A DNA stretch of 63,150 nt, counting the filler, from Chiloscyllium plagiosum (Eukaryota), in NCBI RefSeq assembly GCF_004010195.1. It is 6 parts of one record of this genome, joined end to end, with 100 filler letters (N's around TTAATTAATTAA, not from the genome) between each part and the next. Parts side by side here need not be neighbours in the genome. Positions count along the whole stretch, not along the records: positions 20,857 to 31,719 come from NC_057717.1; positions 31,820 to 43,249 come from NC_057717.1; 4 more parts are not named here. One strand, given 5' to 3'. Shown piece after piece: positions 25,844 to 35,716 of the stretch. Positions within the stretch are counted from its first letter, which is position 1. Each line of letters starts with the position of its first letter. The notes under the pieces were generated by a model. The model had not been told where the DNA came from and made no database searches. It was given only the letters and a program-made list of their open reading frames with translations. A program made the position numbers and the translations under genes.

Positions 25844-26400
25844 TAAAAATCACACAAAACCAGCTTACAGTCCAAAAGGTTGATTCACTTGTCCTCGCAT
25901 TCGAAGCACTGCTTCTTCATCAGGTGGTTGTGCACTTTGAAAGCTTGTACCTCCAATTAAACCTATTGGACTATAACCCTAGTGTTGTGTGATTTTTAAT
26001 GATCCTAGTTTCAAACTTCCAGCTCATCACTGTCCCCATGAATTGTTCGGACTTGTCCGACCTGCCTAGCTCCTTTTCCACCTATCCATTCTACCCTCTC
26101 CTCCCTGACCTATCACCTTCATTTCCTCCCCCACTCACCCATTGTACTCTATGCTACTCTCTCCCCACCCCCACCCTCCTCTAGGTTATCTCTCCACGCT
26201 TCAGGCTCACTGCCTTTATTCCTGATGAAGGGCTTTTGCCAGAAACGTCGATTTCGCTGCTCATTGGATGCTGCCTAACCTGCTCTGCTCTTCCAGCACC
26301 ACTAATCTAGAATCTGGTTTCCAGCATCTGCAGTCATTGTTTTTACCTCGTTGATTTTTAATGTTGTCGACCCCAATCCAAAGCCAGCTCCTGCGAATCA
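25844..26400. mobile_element. Nested Penelope-derived elements: a foldback host and a second-family 3' end inserted at 26002-26351
   Basis: Host arms taaaaatcacacaaaacc..tccaa and ttgga..gtgttgtgtgattttta; minus-strand motif CTGATGAAGAAGCAGTGCTTCGAAT at 25899-25923; insert carries CTGATGAAGGGCTTTTGCCAGAAACGTC at 26222-26249 and is flanked by tgatttttaatg (25990-26001, 26352-26363). Confidence 0.75.
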
Positions 26401-27104
26401 CAAATATTTGCTTGGATCCTTTCCATTCAGCTAAAATGCTTGGCTAACATTTACTACCTTCCATTTATCTACAATGTCTTCAGACTCTGCAGAATGTACC
26501 GGAAAATAAAACATAGTCATCGACTGTGCAATTAATCCGTCCATTAGTGCCTCAGTTCTGACATTATGATACGAAGTAAATCTGTTTTAGCAATGTCCCA
26601 TCTAGTTGCATTTTCAAGTACTGCCCTGTTACTGATATAAATTGGCTTTATGTCTATAGTTCCATAAGCTCCATCTGATCACTTGATTTTCTAGGTGATT
26701 TTCTGCATCTTCCTCCATGAATAGAGATATAAAATAATTGGTTATTTTCTTGGCCATTTCCTTGTTCTCTACAATAAACTCTTCTCTCTCCGATTACAAA
26801 CTTCCACATTTGACATTGCTTTTGTTTTGTTTCCTTCGAATTATAGATAGTAGATTGTTGCAGTCTTTGTGTTCCTGTTTGTTAGCATGCATGTTCGCAT
26901 TGTGATTTCCTTATCAGCTTCATGGGCCTACTTTTCTGAATCATCAATTTCTTAAAACTCTCAGGTTTCCACAATTTCTGGAATTCTTCTGAAGTCACTT
27001 CCTACGATTAATACAATATTTAAAATGTTACGTTAATCATCATCAAGTCACTATATGGTGGTTGTAAGTTCAATAAAGAGAAGTGTTATTCCGAATTTGC
27101 AGTA

Positions 27105-27357
27105 CTTCTATAAATCTCCGGATCCTGACCAAATCTATTCAGGAACTCTGCAGGTGGATAGAGAAGAAAATATAGAGCCGTTTTTGGTACTTTTGCAACA
27201 TCGCTGGCCAACGTGTGAGGTCTTGGAGGACTGGAGGATAGTGAATGCTGGGCCCTTATTCAAGGAGGGCTACAATGGTAAACCTGGGAGCAATAGACCA
27301 GTAGAACTAACATCGGTACAGATAGTTATTTAAGAAGATTCTGAGAGATAAGATATG
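27105..27357 (+). mobile_element. CR1 RT N-terminal fragment; its continuation is seen in copy B at 33350-34790
   Basis: KSPDPDQIYSGTL..EDWRIVNAGPLFKEG..NRPVELTSV. Confidence 0.85.
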
Positions 27358-27631
27358 CAGAGAAAACTCGATTATCCGATTGAGATGGACGGAGCACTAT
27401 TTCATTCAGATAATTGATTATTCTGTTAGTGGATCTACTCTGGGGCTCGGAGTTTTCTGAGAAGTCTTCTCCCCTTTCAGGAGACAAGGCAAGGAGGCAT
27501 GGATAGAGTGAATGTACCCAATCTTTTCTTCCCAATGTATTGTATTCGGGTGCCATGTAAAATACACCTTATTAACGTCATTATTTCTCAAAAGCTGCTG
27601 CAGAGTAAGGTTAGTAATTAGTCTTTCTTAC

Positions 27632-28346
27632 CACACAACACCGACTCCCGAATAACCTGCTCTCTAATTTTGTTCACAACATACACTTCAACCCAACTCA
27701 TATACACTTATGGAACAGCATGAGCAGTCACTTAGTTCTGGCAGTTTAGATACAACTTGAGACCATTCAATAAGACTGCTGTATTCACAATACTTGTATG
27801 TGTAATTTCCAGAGCACATGATGTTCAGATTTTCTGCTACCGTTTTGGTTTAGATATATAAAACACCAATGTTTGCTTCTCATTGCTATTTGTAAGCGCT
27901 ACCTAAACTAATTCTGTGAAAGCTGAGGTAGATGGTCTGTGTCATTATTAATGATAGACATGGACAAGACATTCGGGGAGGCTCACCTCGACGCTGGGAT
28001 GATCTGAATAAATGTCCAACAATACAGGACAAGCATGAATAATCTTCCCCGCTCTGCCAGGATTAGTGTCACTGGATTCTGTCTGCTCCCTCACACTCAC
28101 GGTATACCTGTTATAGATCTTACCCCCGAACATAGCTCAAGCTCTGTCTCCAGATAAGGCTCAGGCACTAACACTCTCACTATTGAATTCAACAACTTTC
28201 TTCCTCACTTTCTCCGTCACTTATGCAATAGCCTCCACACTAATCACACGACATGGATACAACACTTTGGACTGACTGACTCAGAACACCTCACCATGTC
28301 ACCCCACCTGGACCAGCACTAACAGCAGGGCCACCCTCTCCCCCCT
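27632..28346 (-). pseudogene. Decayed leader exon (28346-28295) plus CD2/SLAM-like V exon (27913-27632), copy A
   Basis: Hydrophobic (R)GERVALLLVLVQVG*H-G followed by a phase-1 GTGAGG donor; acceptor ctcagctttcacAG; fragments QTLVFYI, HVLWKL, GLKLYLN, LLML, SVYELG; exon ends gtgttgtgtg|GTAAGA. Multiple stops and frameshifts. Confidence 0.5.
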
Positions 28347-28715
28347 CACATCCTCCCTCCCTTTCTCGCATTCCAGGAGAAACAGCCTGGAATAGGAAAG
28401 AAAAAGGCCAACCCAGGTGGTGGGGTGCCTGATATCTGTTCCCTCCCCCCTCACGCCGTGTGGGGAGGACATTGGTACGAGCTGAAGAGGACTGGAGCGA
28501 CTTGTGTGGAGATTCTGAAACATCCACGTCCCACCAACCGAGTAAGGATCATCCTAGGGCAATTCTCACTTTAAAACCACTGGCAGTTCCAACGTCAGCT
28601 CTCTCACTCTCAAAAAAAAGATACCTCCCTGCACAGAGATGCAGGCATAGAATTACCTAGAAATATCGGTAAATACCCAATATACTAACATGTACAATAT
28701 GTACAAGAAGACATA

Positions 28716-29026
28716 CACGGTGGCACAGTGGTTAGCACTGCTGCCTCACAGCGCCAGAGACCCGGGTTCAATTCCCGCCTCAGGCGACTGACTGTGTGGA
28801 GGTTGCACGTTCTCCCCGTGTGTGCGTGGGTTTCCTCCCGGTGCTCCGGTTTCCTCCCACAGTCCAAAGATGTGCAGGTCAGGTGAATTGGCCATGCTAA
28901 ATTGTCCATAGTGTTAGGTAAGGGGTAAATGTAGGGGTATGGGTGGGTTACGCTTCGGCGGGTCGGTGTGGACTTGTTGGGCCGAAGGGCCTGTTTCCAT
29001 ACTGTAAGTAATCTAATCTAATCTAA
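28716..29026 (+). mobile_element. Young HE1-type V-SINE, present only in copy A
   Basis: A box TGGCACAGTGG, B box GGTTCAATTCCC, V-domain and (AATCT)n tail; empty site gtacaagaagacaagcatac at 36086-36105. Confidence 0.97.
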
Positions 29027-29939
29027 ACAAGCATACACACATATAGAAGCACACAAAGACATATACAGTCACACAAAATGGAAACAAACACAGATAGAAA
29101 TACACATGCTGGTACACAGACAAATGTAGGCAAACAAATGCTCATATAACAAGCAGATAGACACACACACACACTCATCTCATTAATACACAAATAGATC
29201 AGACTTTGATTTATAAGGGGATCGTGGATTCGAGGCAAAAGGCAGAAGAATGAGGTTGAGGAACAGATAAGAAATTATTGAATGGCATATCAGACTCGAT
29301 GGATTGAATGACCTAATTCTGCTCCTTTTCTAATTCTCGTGTGGTGTTATGCTATCAGGCGTTCTCTTCCTGTGACAGCAGCAGAGGCTGGGTTGATAAG
29401 TATTTTTTTGGAAAGAGACAGTGGAAATGTGAGACAGGTTTGGAGTGCAGAATGGCATCTGTCTATTCCTAATTACTGTATCTTTTTATTCTGAAAAGAG
29501 GTGGTGATTTGATGTTGGGTTAACAAAGTTAAAAATAACGGGTCCTGCAATGAAATAGCATTGTGCTCTCTGTGGTGTCCTCCTTCAGGCTATCATTATA
29601 GATTGTAAATAACTGATGCCATCGGGCTCATATCTGTGGTACTCCAGCAGATACACATTTACCATAATGATCCATTAATCCTGATTCTCCGATTTCTCTG
29701 TGTTAAGCAATCGTCATCCCATGCTAATACATTATCCGTCAGACTATAAGCTTCTGTCTTGTGTAAGAACCTTTATTTTGTGATACCTTGTAGAAAATAT
29801 CTGGAAATCCTTGTGTCTACCAGATCCTATTTATCAAATTCGCTTGTTACGTTCTCAGGGATCTCCAGAAACACGTTGCATGAACGTAAGGGCAAAATAT
29901 AATTTCCCGTTCACAAAACCACACTGACTCTGCTGAAGC

Positions 29940-30290
29940 TTTTCTAAATGTCCATGCTGGCCAGGTTTTCCAAACTAAATTGGTCCCATCTGCTTGCAAT
30001 TAGCGCACATGCCTCTAAATATTTCCCATTCATATGTTTGTCCAAATGTCTTTTCAATGTTACGGCTGTACATGCATCTTCCTCTGGCAGCTCATTCCAT
30101 ACCCTCACCACCCTCTGTGTAAAAAAAGTTGCTCCTTCGTCCCTTTTAAATATTTCCCCTTTCACCTTATGCTATGCCTTCTATGTTTGAACTCCCCCAC
30201 CCTGTGGAAAAGACTTGGCTATTCAACCTATCCATGCCTCCCATGATTTTCTAATTTCTATAATGTCACACATCAGTATCCTACACTCCA
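29940..30290 (-). mobile_element. CR1 3' end; paralog at 37030-37380
   Basis: FFTQRVVRVWNELPEE..LKRHLDKHM. Confidence 0.9.
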
Positions 30291-30589
30291 TCTGATGCTA
30301 ACTTCAATATTAAGTATTTAAAAGTAAACATCGCAAATATGAAACAATACTAAAAGTGGCTGGTAAATAATACAATATCCAAATTTCACATTGTGATTTG
30401 CTTTTCTCCATGTTACAATGCTAAGGCAGGATGAAACTTTTACTAGTGCCAATAAGTAGTCAACACCTGACTTCCTTTTTCTAAAGGGGGTGATGATCTC
30501 TACTCTGAAAACTTACTTCTGGCCAGATCTACATAATACCACATAGTTAATATTCACTCTCTTGGCCTCCCTTTGATCTTGACTGGTTG

Positions 30590-30870
30590 TGTCTTCTTTA
30601 TCTTGCACTTAAGAGAAGGAACCCCTTTCCCCCATTCATATCTTAATTTAAACCCGTTTTACATCATCTTCTCGTTCACCACTGATAAAAGTCCGTTTAT
30701 CTGTTACCACACCCTCTTTTCCCTGGCATCCATCTCCCAACTCTGGCAAGAGATCAAAAGCCAATTTTTCAATCATTTTCAGTTCTGAAGAAGCATCACA
30801 TTGGACTTGAAACGCTAACTCTGTTTCTCTGTCTCTGCAGATGCTGCCAAATCTGCGGAGTTTCTCCAGA
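30590..30870 (+). mobile_element. Penelope-like 3' end, third family, with hammerhead-like motif; paralog at 37690-37958
   Basis: AGTT-CTGAAGAAG..GAAACGCT-AACT at 30781-30820, followed by ctgtttctctg..cagatgctgcc. Confidence 0.55.
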
Positions 30871-32537
30871 AATGAATAGGAACAGCACACGTGTTCAAGT
30901 CAGCAAGTAATTATGGATACTGGACATAAAAATGCAAACATTTCTGGACAGACTGGGAGCTTTTAGAAGGGTCACTGGAAGAATACAATCGCCGATATTA
31001 CAGATAAAACTGGGTTAACATGTGATGCTGTAAAATCACAGCAGCAGCAGAAGTAGAATTTTTTTCAATCATAGTCTGTTACTTTTTCCCCAGGATAATC
31101 CCTCAGTCTACTATTACCATCAAGCCAATCCATAGTTAAGTGACAAAGGTGTGTGAACATGCCAGAGTCAGAACCATGTGTACCTAAACTTGATGATAAC
31201 TCGTTAAAGCTAACGCACTGGATTGGTTACACTCCAAACAGCGGAAAGAACATCTGATGGACAGAGAGAATTGATCCCAAATTAAAAGATCAGAACGAAG
31301 CTCTGCAGTACTGCCACATCCAGGGATAAAGGTCGATGGAACAATAAACAACTTACTGGCGGAGAGGACTCCTGAAATATCCTCATCCCAAATAGCAGAA
31401 CAGTCGTGTACATCTGTGTAAAAGACAAGGATGTAATATCAACACCATTCTCAACCAGAAGCGTGATGTTGACGATACACCTCAACCTCACCATGATACC
31501 CACAGAATCACAGATGCCAGTCATAAACCGATTCGATTCGCTGCTCGTGACATGAAGAAACAGTTGAACACAGTAGATACTACAGAGGCAATGGGCCCTG
31601 ACACCATTCCTGCAATAGGACTGAAGACTTGTGCTGCACAACAAGCCGTGTCCCTTTGGAAGCGGTTTCATTCCAGATTCAACTCTGACATTTCCCTGGC
31701 AATTGGAAAATTACTCAGCNNNNNNNNNNNNNNNNNNNNNNNNNNNNNNNNNNNNNNNNNNNNTTAATTAATTAANNNNNNNNNNNNNNNNNNNNNNNNN
31801 NNNNNNNNNNNNNNNNNNNATCCCAGAGATCAGTCTGGTCATCCTTCACTGCTCTCCCTCAATGTCAGGTTTGTTCTTTTTTAGATAAGGAGACCAAAAT
31901 GTACACAATACTGCTCAGTGTTCGAGATGTGGTCTCACCAATGCCCTGTACAGCTACAGTAAGACACCCTTACTCCTGGACTCAAATCCCGCTGAAATGA
32001 AGGTAAACACATTATTTACCTTACGAACTGCTTTCTGNNNNNNNNNNNNNNNNNNNNNNNNNNNNNNNNNNNNNNNNNNNNNNNNNNNNNNNNNNNNNNN
32101 NNNNNNNNNNNNNNNNNNNNNNNNNNNNNNNNNNNNNNNNNNNNNNNNNNNNNNNNNNNNNNNNNNNNNNNNNNNNNNNNNNNNNNNNNNNNNNNNNNNN
32201 NNNNNNNNNNNNNNNNNNNNNNNNNNNNNNNNNNNNNNNNNNNNNNNNNNNNNNNNNNNNNNNNNNNNNNNNNNNNNNNNNNNNNNNNNNNNNNNNNNNN
32301 NNNNNNNNNNNNNNNNNNNNNNNNNNNNNNNNNNNNNNNNNNNNNNNNNNNNNNNNNNNNNNNNNNNNNNNNNNNNNNNNNNNNNNNNNNNNNNNNNNNN
32401 NNNNNNNNNNNNNNNNNNNNNNNNNNNNNNNNNNNNNNNNNNNNNNNNNNNNNNNNNNNNNNNNNNNNNNNNNNNNNNNNNNNNNNNNNNNNNNNNNNNN
32501 NNNNNNNNNNNNNNNNNNNNNNNNNNNNNNNNNNNNN

Positions 32538-33349
32538 TCCGATTGAGAGGGACAGAGCACTATTTCATTCAGATAATTGATTATTCTGTTAATTGATCTC
32601 TCTGGGGCTCGGAGTTTTCTGTGAAGTCTTCTCCCCTTTCAGGAGACAAGGCAAAAGCACACTGCATGCGAGACCCCACGCCACGTCTGCTCCCACCCCA
32701 CCTTGTCCTCTCCTACCCTGCCCCATCTAAGCCCTGCCTACCCCGAACCCTGTCAACTCCAACTCCACCCCTCGCACGCCCACAACCCCATCCACTCCCA
32801 ACCCACGTCCTTGTCTGCCCTCACGCAGCCACAACCTGCCTGCTCCCACACACCCCCACCCGCCCGCCCGCATCCTCATCTACTCCCACCCCATGCTACT
32901 GCCTGCCCCGCCCTCTCCAAACCCTGTCCGCTTCCCACCCCACCAGCCCAGAACTCCGTCCAACGCCACACCCGTCTGCCCCTGCCCGTTCCTAATCCTG
33001 CAACACCAACATCGGCCCCCTAACCCCGAATGCCCAACCATCACACCACCTTTGCTGTGTTGGCGCAGTTATCTGGAGAAGGGCGGTTGAGGGTAAACCC
33101 CTCTGTAGAACTCAAGGGAAAGTGTGGGATGATAGAGCCAGTGAAGGCGGGAGGTCAGACTTTTGGAGACGGTGCCTGGACTGTTCTTGGCAGCATTTTA
33201 GTGAGACAAGTTTTTTTTTAATCATTGTACCTACAAAAAAAAGACGCAATCAGGTTTGAAAGACATAATGTTTCTATCGGGACCTTGAGGTCCCCTTCGG
33301 ATAATCCAAACTTCGGATAATTGATATTTGGACAATCGTGGTTCCTCAG
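32538..33349. mobile_element. Tigger/pogo-like MITE inserted in CR1; left end visible in copy A at 27358
   Basis: Left end CAGAGAAAACTCGATTATCCGA (27358-27379); right end ttcggataat repeats then TGGACAATCGTGGTTCCTCAG (ends 33349); the CR1 frame RDKI|xMHL..QGLI..SQHGFV is continuous across it. Confidence 0.65.
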
Positions 33350-33717
33350 TGCATGCATTTGAATGACAGGGTTTGATTGGCAGCAGTCAGCATGGCTTTG
33401 TGCATGAGAGATCGTGGCTCTCAAACTTGTTACAGTGCTTTGATGAAGTGACCAGGAACAGAGATGGTATACATAATCTATATGGATTTCAGTAAGGCCT
33501 TTGGTAAGGTTACAGAAGATCAGCTACTCTGGAATGTTAGATTGCCTGGAATCCGGGGGGAACCAGTTAAATAGATACACAGTTGGCTTGTTGGTAGGAA
33601 GCAGAGAGTAATATAGGAAGGATGCATGTCGGACTGGAGACCTGTGAATAGTGAAACACCTCAGGGGTCGGTGTTGGGAACATTGTTTGTTTCGATATAT
33701 ATATATGTGTGTTTGTG

Positions 33718-33758
<41 letters not shown>

Positions 33759-34790
33759 TCTCATCCACATCATAGATGTATGTAATATGTTTACAAATTA
33801 TATATATATAATTTACCAATTACATACATTTATGATCCAGAAGAGAATGCACAGGCATCATTTGCAAGTTTGATGACGACACCAAAATAGGCAGCATCAT
33901 GGAGAGTGTGGAAGGTTATCAGGAATTTCGGAAATTTCAGCAGTACCTTGATCAGCAGTGGACTGAGAAATGGAAAATTCAGTTCAATACAGATCGGTGT
34001 AAGTTCTTACATTTTAGAAGGTCAAGTCAAGATTGGAGTTTCATGGTGAATGGTTGGGGCTTAAGGAATGTAGTTGAGCAGAGAGATCTTGGAGTTCAGA
34101 TGCACGGTGCTCTATACGTGACCCACAGGTAGACAGGCAGTGAAGAAGGCTTTTGGCACACTGGTCTTCATCAGCCAGAGCAATGTGTATCGAAGTTGAG
34201 GAGTTACGTCACAGTTATACAGGACGCTGGTGAGGTATTATTTGAAGTGTCATGATCAGTTTTGTTCACTTTGCTATTGCAAGGATGTTATTAAACTGGA
34301 AAGTGTGCAGAAGAAATTGACAAGGACGTTGCCAAGGTCTTAATGGTCTGAGTTTTAGGGAGAGGTTGGGCAAGCCAGGACCTTTTACTTTAGAGTATAT
34401 GAGACTGAGAGAGATCTTATAGACGCTTAAAGGATCACAGGAGGCATGGACAGAGTGAATGTACCCAGTCTTTTCTTCCCAAGGTTGGACAGCAATCACA
34501 GACTAGAGGGCAGTAGTTTAAGGTCAGGGCGCAGGAAGAAAAGGGAAACTGACGAGCAATGATCTTTGCACACATCTTGGTATGCATACGGCATGAACTG
34601 CCGGGGAAGTGGTTGAGGTGGATACATTAACAACATTTAAACGGCATTTGGACAAATACACGGATAGGAAAGGATTAGAAGGATACAGGGCAATGGCAGG
34701 GAAATGGGTTTTTGTGAATGGACATTTTGTTCAGAATGGACCACTTTGAGCTGAAGGACCTGTGTCCGTGCTCTTGGACTCTATGAGTCG
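33350..34790 (+). mobile_element. CR1 RT to 3' end with an internal (TA)n tract
   Basis: SQHGFV, YMDFSKA, PQGS, QQWTEKWKIQFNTDRCKFLHF, LESVQKK remnants and 3' UTR. Confidence 0.9.
33695..33810. repeat. (TA)n/(TG)n microsatellite
   Basis: Direct reading. Confidence 0.95.
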
Positions 34791-35004
34791 AACAACCATT
34801 GCTTGTCTCCCACTGAATGTTATATTGTACTTTCCCAATTTACTGGAGCAAGCTTGACCCTCTACCCTCCAGGCTTCCATGATGCTTGACCAGAATGTTC
34901 ACACATTTGATATTGTATTCGGGCGCCATGTAAAATACACCTTATTAACGTCACTATTTCTCAAAAGCTGCTGCAGACTAAGGTTAGTAATTAGTCTTTC
35001 TTAC

Positions 35005-35716
35005 CACACAACACCAACTCCGGAATAAACTGCTGTCTAATTTTGTTCACAACATACACTTCAACCCAACTCATAAACACTTATGGAATTTATTTTTCAC
35101 AGCATGAGCAGTCACTTAGTTCCCGCAGTTTAGATACAACTTGAGACCATCCAATAAGACTGCAGTATTCACAATACTTGTATGTGTAATTTCCAGAGCA
35201 CATGATGTTCAGATTTCTTGCTACCGTTTTGGTTTAGATATATAAATCACCAATGTTTGCTTCTCATTGCTATTTGTAAGCTCTACCTAAACTGTTTCTG
35301 TGAAAGCTGAGGCACATAGTCTCTGTCATTATTAATGATAGACGTGGACAAGACATTCGCGGAGGCTCACCTCGACGCTGGGATGATCTGAATAAATGTC
35401 CAACAATACAGGACAAGCATTAATAATCTTCCCCGCTCTGCCCGGATAAGTGTCACTGTATTCTGTCTGCTTCCTCACACTCACGGTATACCTGTTATAG
35501 CTCCTACCCCCCGAACTTAGTTCAAGCTCTATCTCCAAATAAGGCTCAGGCACTAACACTCTCACTATTGAATTCAGCAACTTACTTCCTCACTTTCTCC
35601 GTCACTTATGCCATAACACGACATGGATACAACACTGTGGACTGACTGACTCAGGACACCTCACCATGTCACCCCACCTGGACCAGCACTAACAGCAGGG
35701 CCACCCTCTCCCCCGT
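35005..35716 (-). pseudogene. Decayed leader exon (35716-35665) plus CD2/SLAM-like V exon (35297-35005), copy B
   Basis: ACG (one change from ATG)-GERVALLLVLVQVG*H-G|GTGAGG; V exon fragments VLWKL, DGLKLYLNCG, LML*KINSISVYELG, VEVYVVNKIRQQFIPELVLC then a phase-1 GTAAGA donor. Confidence 0.5.

Larger units (their letters stand above)
27377..32037 (+). repeat. Tandem segmental duplication, copy A
   Basis: Aligns to 32538-40177 at above 90% by eye: 27377-27493 to 32538-32653, 27495-27535 to 34441-34482, 27538-31719 to 34911-38806, 31820-32037 to 39960-40177. Confidence 0.95.

Noticed and set aside
32621..33023. Proline-rich ORFs
   Set aside because: By-product of C-rich low-complexity sequence inside a MITE; no domain or splice support.
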